Made by a program: the position numbers and the translations under genes
Assembly: GCF_006345805.1 (NCBI RefSeq)
Contig: NC_043016.1
Span: forward strand, 21,886,001 to 21,950,000
DNA: 64,000 bases
Reading direction: 5' to 3'
Source: Octopus sinensis
Lineage: Eukaryota
The notes under the pieces: generated by a model
Databases searched by the model: none
What the model was told of the DNA's origin: nothing
The model's input: only the letters and a program-made list of their open reading frames with translations
Shown: positions 1-9,018 of the stretch, in pieces
Layout of the letters: each line of letters starts with the position of its first letter
Numbering within the stretch: position 1 is the first letter of the stretch

Positions 1-118
1 GAACCAATAGAATAAGCACCAGGCTTACAAAGAATAAATTCAGAGGTTGATTTCTTTGACTGAAAGGTGGTGCTCCAGCATGGCCACAGTCAATTAACTG
101 AAACAAGTAAAAGAAAAA
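1..118 (+). mobile_element. 3' half of octopod tRNA-derived SINE (OR2/CORE-like family)
   Basis: AGAATAAGCACCAGGCTTACAAAGAATAA...GGTGCTCCAGCATGGCCACAGTCAA...GAAACAAGTAAAAG matches the 3' half of the copies at 8621-9018 (-) and 13590-13742 (+). Confidence 0.75.
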
Positions 119-226
119 AAAGAATATGGATAAACAAAACATAAAAATAAAAAAATATATAAACATATATATAAAAGATATATAAACATTTGGATATAAA
201 TAAACATAAAACAAGGATAAAAAGAT

Positions 227-228
<2 letters not shown>

Positions 229-263
<35 letters not shown>

Positions 264-342
264 TATATATATACATACACATATATACATATATAAATAC
301 ATATGCACATATATGTATACATACACATACACATATACGCAT
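229..342. repeat. (TA)n/(CA)n compound microsatellite
   Basis: Direct inspection. It accounts for the YI/HT-rich ORFs at 90-417. Confidence 0.95.
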
Positions 343-1745
343 ACTAGCAGAGATACCCAGCGTTGCCTGTGTTACATGCAATTGAAGAATTATACTTTTC
401 AGTTATATTTTCTGTAATGAACTGGAATATCTTTCGAATTTCATCAAAATTGCAGATGAGGGTTATTTCCCTCTTTACATACCCTAAAAAAATTGTAAGC
501 ATGGCACATGTATCCCATACTACTGATTTTTATATGCAGATTCCAAAATTCCAGTCTTATAGAACCTGTTAAAAAGATTTTGCTCCTGAAAAATAGAGGT
601 CATGGAGCTGTAAAATGTGAGAGTTAAGGCCCCTATTAGGGGTAGGTGTCTTAATGTCAACCAAAGAAGTTGAATTGTTGAAAATCTTTTTAACTTGGGT
701 CATATCTATTGTTTGAATTTTTTTGAAATAGGAAATATATGTTCAGTGGGTTTGTAAAAGAGGGCAAAGCTACGGGAAACCAAAAGACGAATGATCACAA
801 TAAGCAGTCATCTACCCTATCCTAGTCGTTACCACTCCCAAAAGAGGATTCCTCACCATCCAGGTGACAGGTACAGCCGTAAGATGCATTACGAATCTAT
901 AGCAATTGAAAGGGCATGACGCAACTGAAATAAACATTAACAACTGTGTGACGTGAGGGCTAAGGAGAAATGAAAGTGTTACCTCTGGAGTTTGCAAATG
1001 ACCACTATACTGATACATAACTGGACAGAATAAATTTACAATCTATAAATGTCTTTGAATAACCAATCACTCATCTGGGAAGGCCTTGAAATCAATGTTA
1101 CCATCTGGGGACTATGTATAACCCAGTGATAATAAAAAGACTGAAAGGAGGTCTGAAACCAAATAACTTTACTCAATACTTTGCAACTGAGTCAGTGGAG
1201 GCAAAGATGCCTCTCATTTACTTGACAATTTAAATAGAAATCACAATCTAAGTATATCTCAAAGCAAACTCTTACACCGTTGTACTATTGAATTACAAAT
1301 AATGCCCATCTTTTATGCTCGAGTGACCCTACAGCTTCCAAGAGTACAACTGTATTCGTCTTTGCTTAGATAAAATGACTAAATTGTGGGTGTTAAGTCC
1401 CCATGAAGGGGTCTTCCTAACTTGTAAAAAGATGAAATTTTATAAATATTACTTCATTTGTGTCTAATATCTATGGTTAAAATTTCATCAACAGCAAAAA
1501 TATGAATTGCCTTGGGGGTTATGGCCCTTTATAGAATATAGAATATATAGAATATAATTTCCAAATTTCATAAAGATCCATTCAGTACTTTTGACCTAGT
1601 TTTGGATCATAAAAGAAATGACTAAAATTTGTGAGTTAAGGTCCCCATTAGGGTGTCTTAGAATCCTCATGAGAAGTGGAAACTTTGAGAATACTTCTTG
1701 ATATGGTTGAAATTTGTCCCCCCTAAAGGTTACTATATCCAGCCT
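343..1745 (+). mobile_element. Helentron/HINE (DINE-1)-like non-autonomous element remnant
   Basis: Begins ACTAGCAGAGATACCCAGCGTTGCC, resembling the HINE 5' end (compare ACTAGCTGAAGGTGACCCGC at 11102). A degenerate internal repeat TGTGAGnTTAAGGnCCCnATTAGGG..GTCTT recurs near 617, 1385 and 1629. The right boundary is uncertain. Confidence 0.35.
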
Positions 1746-1835
1746 TTAGTGCTCTAACACTTTCTCTGTATGGAAATCAAAGTCCCAGAGGATTTTTGCT
1801 TTCCTCTTTTCGTCCATTACCTTTTCCAGTGTATG
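1746..1835 (-). mobile_element. R4/Dong-like non-LTR retrotransposon fragment (region just upstream of the RLE motif)
   Basis: Minus frame HTLEKVMDEKRKAKILWDFDFHTEKVLEH resembles the KILWDF.IQTD..I.H segment preceding the PD..D/E endonuclease of R4-clade elements. Confidence 0.55.
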
Positions 1836-1838
1836 TTG

Positions 1839-1839
<1 letters not shown>

Positions 1840-1875
<36 letters not shown>

Positions 1876-1880
1876 CACAT

Positions 1881-1923
<43 letters not shown>

Positions 1924-2134
1924 AATATATATATATATATATATGTATACATATGCATATGTATACAAACACACACAAACAGATATAAAACTAAGTATGG
2001 TTAATTTACTAAATTTATTAAAATTATTAATTAATTAGAAGATAAAGGGAGAATATATGAAGATTTAATTGATGCTATGATATTTAGAAAGAATTAAGAG
2101 AAAATAGAAAAACAGACAATATCTTCACTTGCAC

Positions 2135-2204
<70 letters not shown>

Positions 2205-2264
2205 CACACACACACACACATACATACATACATACATACATACATACATACAGACATACATACA

Positions 2265-2300
<36 letters not shown>
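1840..2300. repeat. (CA)n, (TA)n and (TACA)n microsatellites (1840-1980, 2138-2300)
   Basis: Direct inspection. Confidence 0.95.
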
Positions 2301-2301
<1 letters not shown>

Positions 2302-2334
2302 ATTGACAGAAAGAGATTAAAAAAAACCAAGGCA

Positions 2335-2790
2335 GTAAATAGAATTCATAACATTTATCAAGAAAAGGCCTTGCAGCTGTTTCTGGGATATTTTATAAAT
2401 CCTTTCATTAGAGACAGTGCAAGAAAATGTTTGAGTATTAATTATTGTAGAGAAGCACAGAGACAAGTAAGAAAATGAATATAGAAGTGAGATACATAAA
2501 GATATTGTATTTGCAGTTCCATTATTCAAGTAGAATGGTGTGTATAAGTAGTGAAAAAATATTTTGGTGAAGAAATTTTCTTGTACCTGGTGTGTGAGTT
2601 CCAATGGTGGTTATATTTGGTCATTCCAAGCATAGAGGGGGGTTTTTTGGTGTGAATTAAAATATGTTGGTAGTGTTAATGGATAGATAGAGGGGGGGAG
2701 AGAAGTATATGATTAGAAAGAGGAGATAGGTCAAATTAAAAATGGGAAGAGAGAATGGGATGCAGGTAGTACTATCATACCACCTGCATC
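2335..2790 (-). mobile_element. Penelope-like pseudo-LTR remnant (family A) with decayed hammerhead motif
   Basis: 2345-2500 is homologous to the arms of the 7777-8204 palindrome (CAGCTGTTTCTGGGATATTTTATAAATCCTTTCATTAGAGAC vs CAGCTGTTTCCTGGATATTTTATATATCCCTTCATTGGAGAC). The PLE assignment is inferred from the hammerhead motif. Confidence 0.5.
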
Positions 2791-3006
2791 CTTTATTATT
2801 CTCTCTTCTCTTTCCCCTTCTTTTTCTTTGTCTTCTTCCTCTCCCCACCCCCTTCCTTACTTTACTACTATTGCTGTTTAGAATAATACCTAGGCAAATA
2901 TTATAAACAATGCATTCAAAAGAGATGTCTCAAGAATTCAGTCACTACTACCATCCACAACAAGTCACTTTCAGGGCACTTGACCATCCCACTACTATCA
3001 TGGCAC

Positions 3007-3136
3007 CTCCTCCTCCTCCTCTCTTCTTCTTACTCCCCTCCACCTTCCCCCTCCTCCTCCTCCTCCTCCTCCTCCTTCTTCTTCTCTTCTTCTTCTTCTT
3101 CTTCTTCTTCTTCTTCTTCTTCTTCTTCTTCTCCTC
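3007..3136. repeat. (CCT)n/(CTT)n trinucleotide microsatellite
   Basis: Direct inspection. It produces the poly-L/F/S/K/R ORFs. Confidence 0.95.
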
Positions 3137-3298
3137 TGCCAAGAATTTACAACAACCTCAAACCCACAAGAGTAAACAAGAGAGACAGAGACAGGCAGAA
3201 ACAAGGAAAATGCCCCTTGTATTTGAATACTATGCAAATATTCTTTTTAAAAAACTTTTCTTTTAACTTTTCCAAAACTTAATTGTTTTCCATACTTA

Positions 3299-3334
3299 CA
3301 GTTGAAAAAGTCTCAATGACTGAAACCGGTACTG
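3299..3334 (+). ncRNA. Degenerate minimal type I hammerhead motif (family C)
   Basis: CAG-TTGAAAA-AGTC TCAAT GACT-GAAAC-CG-GTA-CTG. Stems I and II and a palindromic stem III (ACCGGT) are present; the core CUGANGA has two substitutions. Confidence 0.45.
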
Positions 3335-3479
3335 AAATGTTTTTTATAAAATTATTTTAGCATTTTCTACCTTGACTTTGTTCCATATATATATATATAC
3401 ACACACATATATATATATAAACATACATAAATATGGTGATTGCCACTTCTTTACAGAAGAAGGCCATCTCTTCAATTAA

Positions 3480-6430
3480 TAAATACTGTCATGAGATCTT
3501 ATGACTAGCATGTCCTGCTCTCGACAAACAAACTCTACTGCAGACCTTACAAATACTTTTAAGCAGAAAAGTGTCTGGGATTGTAGTTAAGTCCTGTCTA
3601 CGAAGTGCTCGTTTCAAGATAGATTGTTCAATTCTTCGAGCTTCAAATGCTTTACATCTATTGTAGATCATTTGTTTCCAAACCGATCAATCTTGCATCT
3701 TCTCCTCCCAGTCTTCAACTTTCACATTAAGAGCCTTAAGGTTGCTTTTGACAGCATCCCTAAAACGTTTCTTAGAGAGAGTGCTGCCGAAGTAGATGAA
3801 CGAGTCAACCACATCTAATCTTGTACCCAGGTTGAAGATGTTAGGTTCCACATAGTGTTGGCTTGGTGGCTGAGAGAACATGATCTTTGTTTTCTTTAGA
3901 CTGATGCTAAGTCCAAAAGCAATACAAGCTTTAGAGAAGAGATCCAATATAGACTGCATGTCCTCGGTGTGAGCAACGAAAACTACATCATAAGAATTAA
4001 AGAACTCTTGAAAAATGGCCTGGAATGTCTTCGACTTTGCATTAAAGCATTTAACATCAAAGACCTTACCTGTGGTTCTGAAGCGAATATAGACACCAAT
4101 ATCACAGTCTTGGAAAGCACACAAGATAGTTACTGCAAAATATATGGAAAAAGTGTTGAAGCAGCACAATATCACCTTGTTTAACTCTGTTATCGATGGA
4201 AATTGATTCCGATAGTCACTCATTGAAGTTAAGACAAGTTTTCATATCACTATGAAGTTGCTTAAACAGGTTGACAAATTGAGGAGGACATCCAAATTCA
4301 CTAAGAATGGTTCGGAGAACAGTCTTATTAACAGTATGAAAGGCTGTTGTTAAATTAACAAATAACTGGCAAAGAGCCATGTGATGTTTGATGCATTTCT
4401 CCTAGAGTTGGCGAGCAGAAAAAAATCATGTCCATTGTGCCATGACTTGATCTAAAACCACACTGACTCTCCAATATGACAGACTATTTCTTACCAACTA
4501 TTTCAAGCAGGCTTGTACCTCTGTAATTGTCACACTTGAATATGGATCTTTTTCCTTTGAACAATGAAATTAAAATGGCATCAACCCAGTCCTGGGGAAC
4601 AGGAGCACCCAACCAGATGTCTGATGGTGGATCTCTACAGCAAGCCTCTTACACTGTGGAGGAGAATTTCAACAGGAATACCATCAAGACATGGTGCCTT
4701 CCCAGTATTTAATTTTTTGATTGTCTTTTTGATCTCATCTATAGTTCGATGTTCCATCATCTCATGAATGATGTCCTTTTGGAGCAGATTGCTAATGGCA
4801 TTTTCATCAATAACTGAAAGATTATAAAAGAGATCAGTGAAGTGCCCAGTCCAATGTTTCATGATCCTTGAAGAGAAAGCAACTTTAGACTTGAGTGGAA
4901 CCTCAATTGAAGACTGAGGACCAAACACTTGTCCAATCAAGTGATATACTGTTTTCAGGTCTTTACTCTTATACACTTTCAGGATTTTTTTTTTTCAGAA
5001 ATATCTGATTACCATTTGTTTTTAATTTGTTGTATCTTTCTTTGGAGTTATGATTTTATCCTTTTGAGAGATTGAAGTAAGGGCTTTTTGTCCTCATCTG
5101 GGGCACTGAGGTATTTTTGGTGCAACTTATTTTTATCTTCAAGAAGTTTATTGATTTGTGGATCATCTTCTTCAAACCAGTCCCGATGTTTTCTGTTTCT
5201 GAGACCAAGAACCTCAACTCCAACATTGTAAATAGTGTCTTAAACTGAGCCCAAGTCCCATCAAACTCCACTTCTCCAAAAGTATTTCTCAGATTCGCCT
5301 GCACTTTAGAGTTTCTTAATTTCAACATATCAATACATTATGAGACTTTTATTCTTCCAGATCTTATTCTACGCATGATGCGGCATTTCAATTTACCGCG
5401 TATGAACATATGGTCAGTCCCACATTCTGCACCGCGCATGTCGTGGACAGTGCAAACATCTGGAAGGTCTCATTTCCTGGTAATAAGGTAATCAAGAATA
5501 TGCCCATGTTTGGATCTTGGGTGCATTCAAGTAGCTTTATGGATATCCTTCTGATGAAAAACAGTGTTGCAGATGATGAGATAAAGTTCGGTGCAGAGCT
5601 GAAGAAGACGGAGACCATTAGCATCCATTTTGCCCAAACCATGTCTCTATAAAGCATCCCAGGTCTCATAATCACATCCAACACAGGCATTAAAATCATC
5701 AAGAAGGAGGATCTTATCTGCATTTGGAATCAAAATTATAACTGATCTGAGATCTTCATAGAAAGTCATAATAGATTCACTGCTGTTATCAAGAGTAGGA
5801 GCATAAACAGAAATAGCAGTCATAAAACGATTGTATGGTAGAGGAGCACAAAGATACATAATCCTATCACTGAAACCATTAGGTTGTTCTATTTTGTGGG
5901 TGTCTTCAGTATGAATGGCTAAACCAACACCCCTTACTCGTTTTTCACCCTTTGGTTTACTATTCCAAAAGAAAGTGTATCCAGCACCTGTTTCTGTCAA
6001 TTGATCTTCATCACTCAACCAAGTTTCAGAGAGTGCAGCCATGTCAACGTTATACCAAGCCAACTCCTTGGCTATTATGCTAGTTTGCCATTCAGGGTTA
6101 CTTGCCCCTTCATGATCAAGAAGTGTCCTGACATTCCATACACCTACCCATAATCTATATTTCTTGTTTGCATGTCTTCTCTTTGTATTCCTCCTGCTGT
6201 AGTGAACAGCTATCAGCTGCAGGTTGCCAACCAGCTAGATGGTAGAGCAGGCATTTGTTTGGGTTACATTTTCTAGACCTTTCCCAGATTTCTGGGTGAG
6301 CAGTGCTACCCTAGAGAGGGCTGCTCAGATGCTGAGGCATGCTGCTGTTCCTTCAACAATGCAGCGATGTTAGACAGGCCCTGAGCCACCCATGTGCAGA
6401 TTCATGACTATGCACTCCCAGCCCATTAAG
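3480..6430 (-). mobile_element. RTE-clade (BovB-like) LINE, near full length, heavily decayed (APE + RT)
   Basis: Minus ORFs: APE (DMAALSETW, GYTFFW, RVRGVGLAI, YAPT, LLDDFNA at 5647-6063), linker (LNTGKAPCLDGIP, 4635-4976) and RT C-terminal part (YIRFRTTGKVF, FGLSISLKKTK, FIYFGSTLS, 3687-4223). Many stops and frameshifts. Confidence 0.9.
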
Positions 6431-7590
6431 CCTTCATATGTCAATACTATTCCATTGCCACGGAACTTGAAGAGATATCTGTACATTTAAATTTCAATGC
6501 TACATGCTTGTACGACATGTACAGCTCCCACTCCTCCCTCAAAATCTGATATCTAGTGACAAAACCAAGGCAAGATGACTGATCGATTATGAAGGTCACA
6601 TGTTTTATCATCCCAGAGTTTAACCTCTCCAGTGACTTTATACCAGAGTGTCCATCTCCCAGTCTTTGTCCAACCAAAGGCAAGACAGCAATGAAGGATT
6701 TGAATTCAGAGTTAACTTCTCCTAGACAGATTGCCTTCCCCACAGCTTTATTAAACCTAGGAGCTCCATCTACCCCTTTAACTACATCCACAAATATACA
6801 CAAATCAAATAAAAGAAGGAAAAATACAAATATATATATATAAAATATCAGTTCCCTCAAAGATGAGAACACATACATGCAATGTACACACATATAATCA
6901 AGAATTAAAAATTTAAATAAATATACATAAATATATATACACACACACATGCCTAACACTTACCACAGTTCATCACACCAAACATGCACTTGGCACGTAC
7001 ATCCACAAATCAGCCGACTATATACATATGTACATATAATAATTGGATGGCCGTTGACCCCTAAGAGTTCTTCCGCCCTTTTACAGGTCTTGTTTTTAGT
7101 CCTACAGGGTGTCCAATACACACCCTCCTCACCAAGTGGAATTGGTAGGGGAGCCGGTTTAGTCACCTCTGACCCAACCATGTGACAGGTAGTACTTGGT
7201 TACATGGTGCCAGTAGAGTAATGACCTTACACACACATACACACACACACACATTTATATATATACATACATACATGTATATATATATGTATATATATAT
7301 ATGAATAAATATAGGGATGGTATTATTATATAGGGATGTATATATATATATATATAACACATGGTTGAATATATACAAAAAGAAATAAGATGAAAAAATA
7401 CAGATTTGTTTTAAACATGGTAATTCAGAAATTCCCCCAAAACTCATAATTTGAAGAGTGATAACGAAAATGGTTATGTTGGAAGAAAAAAAATCTGATT
7501 TTGTACAATATTGTATAATACTTTTACTATTATGATTCTAATATATTTAGTCTTTTAAAACGAATCTGTGATTTTTCATCTTATTTCTTT

Positions 7591-7647
<57 letters not shown>

Positions 7648-7853
7648 GAAATTGAGGTTATGAGAGGAAATGGTGTCAAGAAGACCCAAAGGTGTCAGGT
7701 AATGCTGAGTAAGTCCTAAGGACATACTATAGTTAAGCTCCAGGTTCGGTGATTATGTGAATGAGGAGTCCATGCGTATATATAAAAAAAATTTTCAGAA
7801 TGAGATAAAAATCCAAGACTGTGAAAGATTTCAGAACATTTATACAGAGAAGG

Positions 7854-7900
7854 TCTTACAGCTGTTTCCTGGATATTTTATATATCCCTTCATTGGAGAC
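7854..7900 (-). ncRNA. Degenerate hammerhead motif A1
   Basis: Minus strand: GTCT-CCAATGA-A-GGGATAT ATAAA ATATCC AG-GAAAC-AGCT-GTA-AGAC. Core U4 and G5 are mutated. Confidence 0.5.
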
Positions 7901-8095
7901 GGTGTGAGAAAATGGTTTAGCAATAGTTATTCTAGATAAGATATGAAACAGAGAGTGAAGTGGAGGAATGAAAATAGACGTGAGATATGCAGATGCAATA
8001 TCCCTGCATATCTCACGTCTATTTTCATTCCTCCACTTCACTCTCTATTTCATACCTTCTCTAGTATAACTATTGCTTAACCATTTTCTCACACT

Positions 8096-8143
8096 GTCTC
8101 TGATGAAGGGATATATAAAATATCCCCCAAACAGCTGTAAGAC
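8096..8143 (+). ncRNA. Degenerate hammerhead motif A2
   Basis: GTCT-CTGATGA-A-GGGATAT ATAAA ATATCCC C-CAAAC-AGCT-GTA-AGAC. CUGAUGA is intact but G12 is changed to C. Confidence 0.55.
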
Positions 8144-8247
8144 CTCGTTATAAATGTTCTGAAATCCTGGATTTTTATCTCATTCTGAAAATTTTTATAT
8201 ATATATATATACATTATTTACATTACAATGTAATAATGTAAATAATC

Positions 8248-8298
<51 letters not shown>

Positions 8299-8334
8299 TG
8301 TAAATATAATATGTGACAATTATTTGGTAGCCAT

Positions 8335-8395
8335 GATAAAACTCTGAGTTTCTGATGTTGGGGTGGAAACCCATGCTGCCATCTCTTCAGTTATC
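8335..8395 (-). ncRNA. Candidate type I hammerhead ribozyme B2 (intact core)
   Basis: Minus strand: GATAA-CTGAAGA-GATG...CATC-A-GAAAC-TCAGA-GTT-TTATC. Stem I is GAUAA/UUAUC, stem III is ACUC-A-GAGU, the cleavage triplet is GUU, and there is one extra A before G12. Confidence 0.6.
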
Positions 8396-8430
8396 AAGCC
8401 ATCGAAAAAAATGCATTTTTTCGATGGCCG

Positions 8431-8491
8431 GATAACTGAAGAGATGGTGGCGTGGGTTTCCGCCCTGACATCAGAAACTCGGAGTTTTATC
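8431..8491 (+). ncRNA. Candidate type I hammerhead ribozyme B1 (intact core)
   Basis: GATAA(8431)-CTGAAGA(8436-8442)-GATG...CATC(8469-8472)-A-GAAAC(8474-8478)-TCGGA-GTT-TTATC(8487-8491). Confidence 0.6.
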
Positions 8492-8620
8492 ATGGCTACC
8501 GAATAATTGTCATATAATATATTTACAGATAAATTCCTCTATTTACATAATATCGAGGTCTCTTTCATTCTTTTGTTGTCTTACCATTTCTATCAATATA
8601 ATATATATATAATATATATA

Positions 8621-8831
8621 CTCTTTTACTCTTTTGTTTCAGTCATTTGACTGTGGCCATGCTGGAGCACCGCCTTTAGTCGAGCAAATCAACCCCGGGA
8701 CTTATTCTTTGTAAGCCCAGTACTTATTCTATCGGTCTCTTTGCCAAACCGCTAAGTGACGGGGACATAAACACACCAGCATTGGTTGTCAAGCAATGCT
8801 AGGGGGACAAACACAGGCACACAAACACATA

Positions 8832-8875
<44 letters not shown>

Positions 8876-9018
8876 TACGACAGGCTTCTTTCAGTTTCCG
8901 TCTACCAAATCCACTCACAAGGGGCTATAGCAGAAGACACTTGCCCAAGATGCCACGCAGTGGGACTGAATCCGGAACCATGTGGTTGGTTAGCAAGCTA
9001 CTTACCACACAGCCACTC
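8621..9018 (-). mobile_element. Full-length tRNA-headed SINE (OR2/CORE-like) with internal (TA)n
   Basis: The minus-strand head has an A-box-like TGGCTGTGTGGT and a B-box-like GGATTCAGTCCC, then CORE-like CATCTTGGGCAAGTGTCTT. The 3' half matches 1-118. Confidence 0.85.

Larger units (their letters stand above)
7777..8204. repeat. ~430-bp palindrome (arms 7777-7992 and 8004-8204, 11-nt spacer), PLE pseudo-LTR family A
   Basis: The centre ...GAAAATAGACGTGAGATATGCAG atgcaatatcc CTGCATATCTCACGTCTATTTTC... is a perfect inverted match. The arms stay alignable out to the flanking (TA)n, with small indels. Confidence 0.95.
8297..8529. repeat. 233-bp spacer-less palindrome (family B) centred on ATGCAT (8411-8416)
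   Basis: The ~115-bp arms align with about 12 substitutions, mostly TG/CA/CG changes at ancestral CpG sites. Confidence 0.95.

Noticed and set aside
90-417. ORFs rich in Y/I/C/V/H/T (also 1746-2330, 12669-13523, 13669-14006, 38225-38920, 63062-63506)
   Set aside because: They are translations of (TA)n/(CA)n/(TG)n microsatellites. Only the 38761-38902 part of the 38231-38920 ORF is a real exon.
880-960. KGHDAT peptide reminiscent of the Helitron Rep YKGHD motif inside the HINE-like region
   Set aside because: Only five residues match, with an adjacent stop and no flanking Rep motifs recognisable. It would need a tBLASTn or HMM hit.
2910-3282. Poly-L/F, poly-S and poly-K/R/E/G ORFs
   Set aside because: Products of the (CCT)n/(CTT)n tract.
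6447-6959. 170-aa minus-strand ORF
   Set aside because: The N-terminus is microsatellite-derived and the rest has no motif or splice context I can recognise. It may be an unclassified TE fragment.
7020-7230. GC-richer block that looks like an interspersed repeat
   Set aside because: No second copy in the window and no diagnostic termini, so it cannot be classified.
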